Positions 56,485 through 64,000 of a DNA stretch of 64,000 bases are shown here, in pieces. Source of the DNA: an uncultured bacterium (lineage in GTDB: Bacteria; Verrucomicrobiota; Lentisphaeria; Victivallales; UBA1829). A program made the translations under genes and the position numbers. Below the pieces are notes generated by a model. The model did no database searches and was not told the origin of the DNA. It saw only the letters and a list, made by a program, of their open reading frames with translations. Position 1 is the first letter of the stretch. Every line of letters starts with the position of its first letter. Location of the stretch: contig CACYZF010000004.1 in NCBI GenBank assembly GCA_902778895.1, positions 69,821-133,820 of the forward strand, in the 5' to 3' direction.

Positions 56485-57285
56485 ATGCTGAAACGTCTTG
56501 TCATTTTCTTCTTCATTGCCGCCGTACTGGGCATATTCCCGGTGCTTCTTTCCGCGCAGGAAAAAGCCTCGTCCACGGCGAAATGCGCCCATTGCCGGAA
56601 GGAGAAATTCGTGTCGGTCCAGGCGAAAAACGCCACCGGAAAACTGGTTCCGCTCTGCTACGAGTGCGCGATGCTCCCCCGGTGCGATTACTGCCAGCTG
56701 CCGTCCGAAGTGAAAACCGACGGAGGGGACCAGCTCTGCCGGGACTGTGCCAAGGATTGTATCAAGGATAAAACCGAGGCGGAAAAGGTCATGAAGGACG
56801 TCCGGCAGGTGCTGAACACAAAGTTCAAGATGACCACCAAACATAAGATCATCTACGAGATCGGGAACCGGAAGGACCTCAATCTGGAGGCCGACGGCGA
56901 ACACAACGAGCTTGGCTGGTTTGACCCGAAGACGATCCGCAACAAGCCTCAGTACACGATCCGGATTCTGACCGGACTTCCGCGCGACGTGTTCCGTTCG
57001 GTCGGGGCGCACGAGCTGGCGCACGACTGGATGAGCGAGGAACTCCCTCATCTCATGGACAAACCGGAGATACGTGAAGGCTTCGCCGAATTCGTCGCAT
57101 GGTCATTCTCGAAAGCCGAAGGGAACAAGCGTATGATGGAGTATACCGAACGCCGCACTGACGACGTGTACGGCGGCGGATTCCGCAAAGTCAGCGCGAT
57201 GATGGGCGATGCGAAGACCGCCCCCGAGTGGAAAGCCGTTCTGCTGAAGGAGTTTCCGCTGAAGGGGCGGAAATCCGGCAAGTGA
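56485..57285 (+). CDS. secreted DA1-like zinc peptidase with N-terminal CxxC zinc-ribbon modules
   Basis: Start trimmed to MLKRLVIFFF (signal or anchor). CAHC...CYEC, CDYC...CRDC. ILTGLPRDVFRSVGAHELAHDWM, EGFAEFVAW and DDVYGGGFRKV match DA1-like peptidase blocks. Confidence 0.65.
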   Translation: MLKRLVIFFFIAAVLGIFPVLLSAQEKASSTAKCAHCRKEKFVSVQAKNATGKLVPLCYECAMLPRCDYCQLPSEVKTDGGDQLCRDCAKDCIKDKTEAEKVMKDVRQVLNTKFKMTTKHKIIYEIGNRKDLNLEADGEHNELGWFDPKTIRNKPQYTIRILTGLPRDVFRSVGAHELAHDWMSEELPHLMDKPEIREGFAEFVAWSFSKAEGNKRMMEYTERRTDDVYGGGFRKVSAMMGDAKTAPEWKAVLLKEFPLKGRKSGK

Positions 57286-57410
57286 CAGGCCCTGTCTCCT
57301 GTCCCATTTTCTTAAAAATCTAAAAAAAACATGCCGGACATTTGACATTCGTCGCTCTCTGTGCTATATTCTTGTCTGTTATGAACTGACAACGGAGTTT
57401 CAGAAGCACC

Positions 57411-58427
57411 ATGATGTACCGTTTTTTCACACTGTTTCTGACCTTGTTCCTTTCTGTTCTGCTCAGCGGCGGTCTGTTCGCGGCGCGGAATGTCATGACC
57501 TGCGACTGGTGCGGCAAGAAGATTGCGTCCAACGCGTCGTTCCTGCGGTCCGAGGACAAGAATTTCTGCAGTGAAAAGTGTTTCAACCAGTACGCCGAAT
57601 CGCTGCGCCCGGTCTGCGACGTCTGCGGCAAACGCTTCAAGGAAGGTTTCACCAGCAACGGCAAAAACTACTGCTCGAAAGCCTGTCTGGAGACCACATT
57701 CCGCGAGTGCGTCCACTGCCACCGGCGCGAACCGAAGGGGATCATCCTCGGCACCAGCATCTTCCTCTGCGACTATTGCAGGGAGCTCCCGGCGTGTTCC
57801 AGCTGCCAGATGCCGCTGGACAAGTTTGCCAAGGACCTCGGCGACGGCCGCAAGCTGTGCCGCGAATGCGCCCGCGACGCCATCTTCACGCAGTCCGAGG
57901 CGGAAAAGATCATGACCGAACTCCGCCAGACGCTTGCCGACAAGTTCAAGATGGGCACGGATCACACGATCAAGTTCGATCTCTGCACCCGCGAAGAGCT
58001 CAAAAAGGAATCCTCCGGCGACGGCGAACGCGAGCTCGGGCTCTTCATCTTCCACCGGAATACGCTCACGTTCTTCAACCGCCCCATACGCAACAAGGAC
58101 GAATTCCGCATTCTGATCCTGAGAGGACAGCCGCCGGATTTCTTCCGCGGAGTCGGGGCGCATGAACTGGCGCACGACTGGATGCAGGAGAACCTGCCGC
58201 ACATCGACGATCCGCAGATACGCGAAGGGTTCGCCGAGTTCGTCTCCTGGATGTACACCAAGTCCGCGAAGCTGGACCGCGTCCCGTGGCGCATTGAGCA
58301 GAATACGGACTCCGTCTACGGCGACGGATTCCGCAAGGTGCGCGACCTGATGGGCAATGCGAAGACGGCCTCCGAGTGGAAAAGGATCCTGCTGGACGTC
58401 TGTCCCGCGCCCGCCGAGGCGAAATAA
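57411..58427 (+). CDS. secreted DA1-like zinc peptidase paralog with four CxxC modules
   Basis: Signal-like N terminus. CDWC..FCSEKC and CDVC..YCSKAC (TRASH/FCS-like). CVHC..CDYC and CSSC..CREC (LIM-like). GAHELAHDWM, EGFAEFVSW and DSVYGDGFRKV. Confidence 0.65.
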   Translation: MMYRFFTLFLTLFLSVLLSGGLFAARNVMTCDWCGKKIASNASFLRSEDKNFCSEKCFNQYAESLRPVCDVCGKRFKEGFTSNGKNYCSKACLETTFRECVHCHRREPKGIILGTSIFLCDYCRELPACSSCQMPLDKFAKDLGDGRKLCRECARDAIFTQSEAEKIMTELRQTLADKFKMGTDHTIKFDLCTREELKKESSGDGERELGLFIFHRNTLTFFNRPIRNKDEFRILILRGQPPDFFRGVGAHELAHDWMQENLPHIDDPQIREGFAEFVSWMYTKSAKLDRVPWRIEQNTDSVYGDGFRKVRDLMGNAKTASEWKRILLDVCPAPAEAK

Positions 58428-58445
58428 CAGGGCTGGGGCGCCGAT

Positions 58446-59351
58446 ATGACGAAGATTCTGCCTGTTTTCGTGGTGTTTGCCGTACTTATCATCTTCCCCG
58501 TTTTCATCTTCTGGCTGCTGGTCCGCGCCATCCGCGGCCGGGTGCGCTGGTGGGGCATCGTGATCCTGCTCTCCATCCTGACCTGCTACTGCACGACACT
58601 GGTCGGCATCGCCGGGATGCTCATCGGCGGAAACGCCACCGGGTCCGCCGCGCTGGAACGGCATTATTGCGAACAGTTCTGCGAGGCGCTGAAACAGACG
58701 GAGACGCTCCCCGAGGCGATTGCGCGCATGGATGCCGCCGCCGCGACCGACGAATACCAAATCCATGAACCGGACAAGAATCTCCGGTTCCGCTATGTCT
58801 GGCTGCTGGGCGGCTGTTTCCTCTTCGCGGGCGCGAACCTGATGATGTTCGGCCCCGGACGCCGCGAAAAACGCCATCCCGCCGACTGCATCATGATGAT
58901 CCTGGCGGCGCTGGTCGTCTTCCTGACCGGGATCTGGCAGATCGCCTGGGGCAACGGTTATGCTTATCAGGCCTCGGCATACCGCCGTCTGCTCACTGAA
59001 TGGCATAAGACGATCCCGCCGGACGCGGCGCTTGCATCGAATGCGGAGCTCGCGGCATGGCTTTCCGTCGAGGTAAAGGTAGGACGTGTGAGGCTTCGTG
59101 ATCTTTCAAAACGCATCTGCGCGATTTCCGCCGAACTGGAAGGATCGTCGGATTTGCCGGAACTGCCGGAGCCGGACGAAACGGAAAAGCCGGAGGAGGA
59201 AGCCGCCCCGGCGGACGCCGGAACGGGGCCGGGCGTCGCCATCATCGGCGGCGCGGACGGTCCGACGGCGGTCTTTATCGGTACCGAACTCCTCAAGCGG
59301 CAGAGCGGCATCCCGGCGGAAAGCGCGGATTCGGGGACGGAAACCTTATGA
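58446..59351 (+). CDS. polytopic membrane protein, function unknown
   Basis: Four or more hydrophobic helices. Acidic Pro-rich tail ending in GVAIIGGADGPTAVFIG. Confidence 0.5.
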   Translation: MTKILPVFVVFAVLIIFPVFIFWLLVRAIRGRVRWWGIVILLSILTCYCTTLVGIAGMLIGGNATGSAALERHYCEQFCEALKQTETLPEAIARMDAAAATDEYQIHEPDKNLRFRYVWLLGGCFLFAGANLMMFGPGRREKRHPADCIMMILAALVVFLTGIWQIAWGNGYAYQASAYRRLLTEWHKTIPPDAALASNAELAAWLSVEVKVGRVRLRDLSKRICAISAELEGSSDLPELPEPDETEKPEEEAAPADAGTGPGVAIIGGADGPTAVFIGTELLKRQSGIPAESADSGTETL

Positions 59352-59935
59352 CATACGATTTCCTGAGAAACGGCGACAACAAGCTCAACGAGGGCGCTTC
59401 TGGGGATCTGCTGCGGCACGTGGAGTCCGCGCTCGGCATTCCAGTCCCCCGCGTCTGGAAAGAGTTTCTGGCATTTTCAAACGGTGCGGTCCTTTCGGAC
59501 GAGATCCGGCTTTTCCCCGCACGGTGGGATCCGGCGAAATACGATTCGGAGGACGAGGACGACGATCCGGAAGAGGACCTGATCTCGGCGAATCAGGAAC
59601 AGGACGAGCTTCAGGGCTTGGATGAAGATGTCCTGATCATCGGACGGTATTTCGACAGCGATCTCTTCTGTTATCGCGGGAAAGATATGGGGAAAGACGA
59701 TCCGCCGATCTACTTTTTCAATCACGAGGAATGTGAGCTGGAAAAGGATTCGGATAACGCCCTTGAATTTCTACGCAAATACAACGTCCGGTTTCGTCCG
59801 GAAAGCATTCGGAAGGAAAAACGCGCCCTCTTCCTCAAACAGGCGCTTGCCGTGATCGAAGTGCTCCTGATCGTGGCAGGCATCCTGGCGCTTGTGACCG
59901 GGCTCGCATGGCTCCTCGCGTTTGAGAAGCACTGA
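59348..59935 (+). CDS. SMI1/KNR4 (SUKH-1) family protein with a C-terminal TM helix
   Basis: ATGA-coupled. LRHVESALGIPVPRVWKEFLAFSNGAVL is a SUKH-type N-terminal pattern. C-terminal AVIEVLLIVAGILALVTGLAWLL. Confidence 0.6.
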   Translation: MTYDFLRNGDNKLNEGASGDLLRHVESALGIPVPRVWKEFLAFSNGAVLSDEIRLFPARWDPAKYDSEDEDDDPEEDLISANQEQDELQGLDEDVLIIGRYFDSDLFCYRGKDMGKDDPPIYFFNHEECELEKDSDNALEFLRKYNVRFRPESIRKEKRALFLKQALAVIEVLLIVAGILALVTGLAWLLAFEKH

Positions 59936-59956
59936 CGAGGCGGGCGCGAACTGAGT

Positions 59957-61102
59957 TTACGACAGACGGTTTTTGAAGTCGTCGTAGCCGAACGACTTGA
60001 TCAGTTTGAAATCGCCGGTGTCCGGGTCGAACGTCGCGATGGAGGGCAGCGCGAGGCCGTTGAACGTGTTCGTCTTTACCATGGTGTACAGCGCCATGTC
60101 CAGAAACTCCACGCGGTCGCCAACGTTCAGCGGCGCGGGGAACGAATAATCCCCGATCACGTCGCCCGCGAGGCAGGAATGCCCCGCCAGACGGTATTCG
60201 TACGGATGCACGCCCGGTTCCGCGGCGCCGTTCACTGGCGGCGTGTACGGCATTTCGATCACGTCCGGCATGTGCGCCTCCGCCGACACGTCCAGCACCG
60301 CGATTTCGCCATCGTTGTGCACGATGTCCAGCACGGTTCCGAAAAGCGAACCGGCGTTCAGCACGACCGCCTCGCCGGGCTCCAGATATACGGTCAGGTG
60401 CGGATACCGCGCGCGGAACTCGGTCAGGATGCGCACGAGGCGTTCGATGTCGTAGCCGGGGCGCGTGATGTGGTGTCCGCCGCCGAAGTTCACCCACTGC
60501 ATGCCGCCCAGCAGATCGCCGAACCGCGCCTCGACCGCCTCCATGGTGCGTTCCAGCGCGTCCGAATCCTGTTCGCACAGCGTGTGGAAATGCAGCCCGC
60601 TGATGCCGTCCAGCGACTCTCCGGCGAACGCAGCCCGCTTGATGCCGAGGCGCGATTTCGGCGCGCACGGCGAATAGATTTCGCGCACCGCCTCGCCGTG
60701 TTCCGGGTTCACGCGCAGGCCGAACCGCACGCGGTCTGCCGCCTCCGCCGTCAGGACGTGGAACCGCCGCCACTGGCTGAACGAGTTGAACACGACCGTG
60801 GTGCAGTACCGGAGCATCTTGCGCAGGTCGGATTCCGAGTAGGCCGCCGCGAATCCGTGCGTTTCCTTGCCGAACTCCTCATGGCCGAGACGCGCCTCGT
60901 GCGGCGAGCTCGCGCAGGTACCGTCCAGAACCGCGCTGATCATCGGGTACACGGCGAACATGGAGAACGCCTTCTGCGCGAGCAGGATCTTCACCCCGGC
61001 GCGCTGCCGGACATCGTTCAGGATTTCCAGGTTGCGGCGCAGGGCGGCGAGGTCGACGACGAAACACGGGGTCGGGGGGATCTTCGGGTCAAGGTTTTTC
61101 AT
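59957..61102 (-). CDS. nspC: carboxynorspermidine/carboxyspermidine decarboxylase
   Basis: TPCFVVDLAALRRNLEIL, LLAQKAFSMFAVYPMI, LDGTCASSPHEARLG, FNSFSQ. Length is about 380 aa. Confidence 0.85.
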   Translation of the reverse strand: MKNLDPKIPPTPCFVVDLAALRRNLEILNDVRQRAGVKILLAQKAFSMFAVYPMISAVLDGTCASSPHEARLGHEEFGKETHGFAAAYSESDLRKMLRYCTTVVFNSFSQWRRFHVLTAEAADRVRFGLRVNPEHGEAVREIYSPCAPKSRLGIKRAAFAGESLDGISGLHFHTLCEQDSDALERTMEAVEARFGDLLGGMQWVNFGGGHHITRPGYDIERLVRILTEFRARYPHLTVYLEPGEAVVLNAGSLFGTVLDIVHNDGEIAVLDVSAEAHMPDVIEMPYTPPVNGAAEPGVHPYEYRLAGHSCLAGDVIGDYSFPAPLNVGDRVEFLDMALYTMVKTNTFNGLALPSIATFDPDTGDFKLIKSFGYDDFKNRLS

Positions 61103-61220
61103 GGGGGACGCTATGCCGGGTTCGGGAAGAGTTCAAATTGTAAATGAAACAAGATACACCGTCTCCGCCGGAAAAGCAAGCGCTCTGCGGCGTTTCGGGC
61201 ATCTTTTTTTCCGTTTCAGC

Positions 61221-61254
61221 TTGCTTTTTTCCGGATTCGGCGGTAAAGTATTAT
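61221..61254 (+). promoter_or_regulatory. candidate promoter of tRNA-Pro
   Basis: TTGCTT-N17-TAAAGT(ATTAT), about 20 nt upstream of the tRNA. Confidence 0.4.
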
Positions 61255-61273
61255 TTCCTCATTTTCGGAACGT

Positions 61274-61350
61274 CGGGGTATAGCTCAGTCTGGTAGAGCG
61301 CGTGCTTTGGGAGCATGAGGTCGCAGGTTCGAGTCCTGTTGCCCCGACCA
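61274..61350 (+). tRNA. tRNA-Pro (anticodon TGG)
   Basis: CGGGGTATAGCTCAGTCTGGTAGAGCGCGTGCTTTGGGAGCATGAGGTCGCAGGTTCGAGTCCTGTTGCCCCGACCA. Anticodon loop is TTTGGGA. Acceptor stem is fully paired (one G:U). Confidence 0.9.
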
Positions 61351-61391
61351 TTTTTTTGCCCTCATGTCCGGCGTTTTGAGGTATAATATCC

Positions 61392-61943
61392 TCAGCCCCG
61401 GATTTCGCGGATGCGGGCAATCAGACGCGCTGCGTATTCCTTCGCCTTTGCCTTCTGACGGGCGATCCCCGCCGCATCGGCGGCGTAGCTCATGCCGTTC
61501 ACCCACATCGCCCCCATATACTCCATTCCGCACACTTTTGCGATGGATTCGAACGCCGCGACGAAATCGTGAATGTCGCCGATGGACCCCGCGCCGCCCG
61601 TGTACGCCGCCTCGGGTGCGCCGGTCGTGACCGATACCAGCAGCTTCTTTCCGCCGAGCTTCGCGCCTGTCCCGTGCGCGAATCCGTGCACGAACACCTC
61701 GTCCAGCCACATCTTCATGAACCATGGCATGGCGTACCAGTGGAACGGAAACTGCCAGACGATGAAATCGGCTCCGGCCAGCGCGGCCTGTTCCGCGGCG
61801 ACGTCGAACGTTCCGCCCGGCGCGACCTCGCACAGTTTGCGGATCGTCAGATCGGGCAGGGCGGCGGCGACTTCCTCCAGAATCGTGGCGTTCGCGACGG
61901 ATTGCGAAAGGTCCGGATGACCGGCGATGAGCAGAGTTTTCAT
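61392..61943 (-). CDS. flavodoxin-like-fold NAD(P)H oxidoreductase (KefF/YwrO-type)
   Basis: MKTLLIAGHPDLSQS, ADFIVWQFPFHWYAMPWFMKMWLDEV. Confidence 0.8.
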   Translation of the reverse strand: MKTLLIAGHPDLSQSVANATILEEVAAALPDLTIRKLCEVAPGGTFDVAAEQAALAGADFIVWQFPFHWYAMPWFMKMWLDEVFVHGFAHGTGAKLGGKKLLVSVTTGAPEAAYTGGAGSIGDIHDFVAAFESIAKVCGMEYMGAMWVNGMSYAADAAGIARQKAKAKEYAARLIARIREIRG

Positions 61944-62250
61944 GGCTTCTCCTTCTGTTCAAGCTTTTCCGAAAAAGTCAGGTTGTCGGGACAGTGCGTC
62001 CCCCATGCCTTACAGTATCACCGTTTCCTGAATTGTCAAGCCGCGGAACACGTTTTCTCCGCAGACCGGGATCGTTTCCCCTTCCGCAAAACATGCCGTC
62101 CAACCATCATTTTATCTGATTTTGTTTAACAAAAATCCGGCTTCCGGCTTGATTTCGCGCGCTTGCGTGATATAGTACAGCAACGGACAATATAAAATTG
62201 CCCGTCACGCTCGTTTTACCCTCAAACCCTCAAATACAGGAAAGAGCAAC

Positions 62251-63597
62251 ATGAATTTCACGAAAACGATCCTCGCGGCTGCCCTCATGCTGTCCGCCGG
62301 AGCTCTGGCCTACGCCCAGAACCCCATCATCAACAGCGCGTACTGCGCCGACCCGTCCGCGCACGTCTTCAACGGCCGCGTGTACGTCTACCCCTCGCAC
62401 GACATCCCCGCGCCGTATGACTTCAGCCGCAAGGACTGGTTCTGCATGGCCGACTACCACGTGTATTCCTCCGACAACCTCGTCGACTGGGTCGACCACG
62501 GCGTGATCGTGGACCAGAACTACGTCCCGTGGGTGAACCGCCACTCCTACAGCATGTGGGCCCCGGACTGCAACGTGAAGGACGGCAAGTATTACTTCTA
62601 CTTTCCCGCCGACAACCGCATCGGCCTCGCCACCGCCGACACCCCGTACGGCCCGTTCCGCTGCGAAGAACAGCCCATCCAGGGCGCGGGCGGCATCGAC
62701 CCCTGCATCTTCATCGACGATGACGGCGCGTGCTACCTCATCTGGTCCGGCCAGGGCATGCGCATCGCGAAGCTGAAGGACAACATGAAGGAATTCGACG
62801 GTGAAGCGAAGACCATCCAGCACGACACCCCGAACCGCGGCCTCAAGGAAGGCCCGTTCATGTTCAAGCGCAACGGCATCTACTACTTCACGTTCCCCTG
62901 GGTCGACGAAAACCACGAATGCCTCTGCTACTGCACCGGCGACAGTCCGTGGGGCCCGTTCAAGTACCAGGGCAAGATCATGGAGCAGAATCCGCAGTGC
63001 TGGACCAACCACCACTCCGTGATCGAGTTCAAGGGCAAATGGTACCTCTTCTACCACCACAACGACTACTCCCCGAACTTCGACAAGAACCGCTCCGTCT
63101 GCGTCGACGAGATCACGTTCAACGACGACGGTTCCATCAACCTCGTGACCCCCACCAAGCGCGGCGTCGGCGTCACCAAGGCCACCAGCAAGATCGAGCT
63201 TGACCGCTACTCCAAGATCGCCGACCAGAACCACGCCTGGATCGAATTCCTCCGCACCGAATCCCCGTTCGAAGGCTGGAAGACCGTCTTCCGCAACAAC
63301 GACAGCTCCCGCAATCCGATCTGGGTCGAATACGACCGCGTCGATTTCGGCGAAAAGGAGCTTGATTCCGTGCTCGTCCGCGTTCAGTCCAATGTCGGCG
63401 GCACGATCGAGATCCACGCCGATTCCCTCCAGGGCCCGGTCATCGCCACCGTCGACATCCCCGGCAAGGGTGGCGGCGAATGGCAGGAGATCAAGTCCCC
63501 CGTCACCTCGCAGATGAAAGGCACCCACGACCTCGTCGTGAACATGCGCAGCGGCCTCCTGATGTACATCGACTGGATCAAGTTCATCGAGAAGTGA
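62251..63597 (+). CDS. secreted glycoside hydrolase family 43 enzyme with a C-terminal CBM6-like module
   Basis: Signal peptide. NPIINSAYCADPSAHVFNGRVYVY, WAPDCNVKDGKYYFYF, EGPFMFKRNGIYYFTF. C-terminal beta-sandwich-like region ends in IDWIKF. Confidence 0.85.
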   Translation: MNFTKTILAAALMLSAGALAYAQNPIINSAYCADPSAHVFNGRVYVYPSHDIPAPYDFSRKDWFCMADYHVYSSDNLVDWVDHGVIVDQNYVPWVNRHSYSMWAPDCNVKDGKYYFYFPADNRIGLATADTPYGPFRCEEQPIQGAGGIDPCIFIDDDGACYLIWSGQGMRIAKLKDNMKEFDGEAKTIQHDTPNRGLKEGPFMFKRNGIYYFTFPWVDENHECLCYCTGDSPWGPFKYQGKIMEQNPQCWTNHHSVIEFKGKWYLFYHHNDYSPNFDKNRSVCVDEITFNDDGSINLVTPTKRGVGVTKATSKIELDRYSKIADQNHAWIEFLRTESPFEGWKTVFRNNDSSRNPIWVEYDRVDFGEKELDSVLVRVQSNVGGTIEIHADSLQGPVIATVDIPGKGGGEWQEIKSPVTSQMKGTHDLVVNMRSGLLMYIDWIKFIEK

Positions 63598-63693
63598 TCG
63601 GAACTCTATTCCAGCTCGTCTGAGCAAAAGAATACTCCGGGTCGGGTTGATATCCGGCCCGGAGTTTTTGTATCTGTCAAAAAGGGATTTGAA

Positions 63694-64000
63694 TTAGGGG
63701 AAATAGTAGGTCGGGAGCATGCCGTACGACCTGAGCAGCCCCAGGATCAGCAGGTGCAGCGGGTAATAGACGTAGAAGAACCACTTCATGAACGCGTTGA
63801 ACGTCGGGTTCGGGCCGCGTTTGCCGTTGTACAGCGCCAGGATCGGGATCGACAGCACCACGGAGAGATCCACGAACGCGTACGTCACGTTGACAGGCGG
63901 GAACAGGAATCCGAACACGCCCACGTAGAAGATCAGCCACAGCGTCTGCTTCAGCCAGTGCCCGCGGTTCGTCCCGAAGCTCAGCACCACCACCGACGCC
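63694..64000 (-). CDS. TraX-family membrane protein, partial (5' end beyond the window)
   Basis: C-terminal FMKWFFYVYYPLHLLILGLL resembles the TraX family tail. The frame stays open to the window edge. Confidence 0.5.
   Translation of the reverse strand, partial: ASVVVLSFGTNRGHWLKQTLWLIFYVGVFGFLFPPVNVTYAFVDLSVVLSIPILALYNGKRGPNPTFNAFMKWFFYVYYPLHLLILGLLRSYGMLPTYYFP

Noticed and set aside
59215-59290. The IIGGADGPTAVFIG motif, reminiscent of sodium-translocating decarboxylase beta subunits
   Set aside because: It is an isolated short motif at the tail of an otherwise unrelated membrane protein, which is not enough to infer decarboxylase function.

Overview
High-GC bacterial chromosome segment. 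Core genes are about 63-72% GC in lines sampled by eye. An HX9DG prepilin-like protein hints at a PVC-superphylum organism, but that is inference only.

Left core (1-29.5 kb):
- a partial MlaA/alpha-beta-hydrolase fusion, which is missing from the ORF track
- a PurF-like amidotransferase, ftsK and a RodZ-like protein
- secreted proteins and lipoproteins
- an [FeFe]-hydrogenase-like Fe-S protein with a small 2Fe-2S ferredoxin
- a NuoE/NuoF/GltD-type oxidoreductase operon
- gyrB and recA
- a TPR-ExbB-ExbD-TonB-like operon
- a lipase plus HHxxxDG acyltransferase pair

Main result: a lower-GC island of about 21.6 kb runs from tRNA-Arg(ACG) at 29799 to a degenerate 57-nt direct copy of the tRNA 3' half at 51356-51412. 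No integrase is present. The island carries three things:
- a mobile-element module: a DUF4143 ATPase behind a consensus promoter, four 23-bp-period iterons, a three-tier 206-bp palindrome and an excisionase-type HTH gene
- an IS4-like transposase stub
- a complete Tad/Flp-type pilus machine split into two convergent operons

The Tad locus is atypical. It has two CpaF-type ATPases, one of them fused to an FHA domain. It has two further FHA-transmembrane proteins with large unassignable domains, an embedded Hanks Ser/Thr kinase, a HExxH membrane protein and three Flp pilins. It has no TadZ/CpaE. I read this as a horizontally acquired, phospho-threonine-gated Tad-like nanomachine, and it is the best candidate for a new system in this window.

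Right core (51.5-64 kb):
- an LplT-like MFS transporter, a WbsX-like protein, tRNA-Ser and a MarR regulator with its operator
- two paralogous secreted DA1-like Zn-peptidases with CxxC modules
- a membrane protein plus an SMI1/KNR4 protein
- nspC, tRNA-Pro, a flavodoxin-like NAD(P)H oxidoreductase, a GH43 enzyme and a partial TraX

Many long ORFs in the track are antisense shadows of real genes, as expected in high-GC DNA. I rejected them. No rRNA or CRISPR array was seen.
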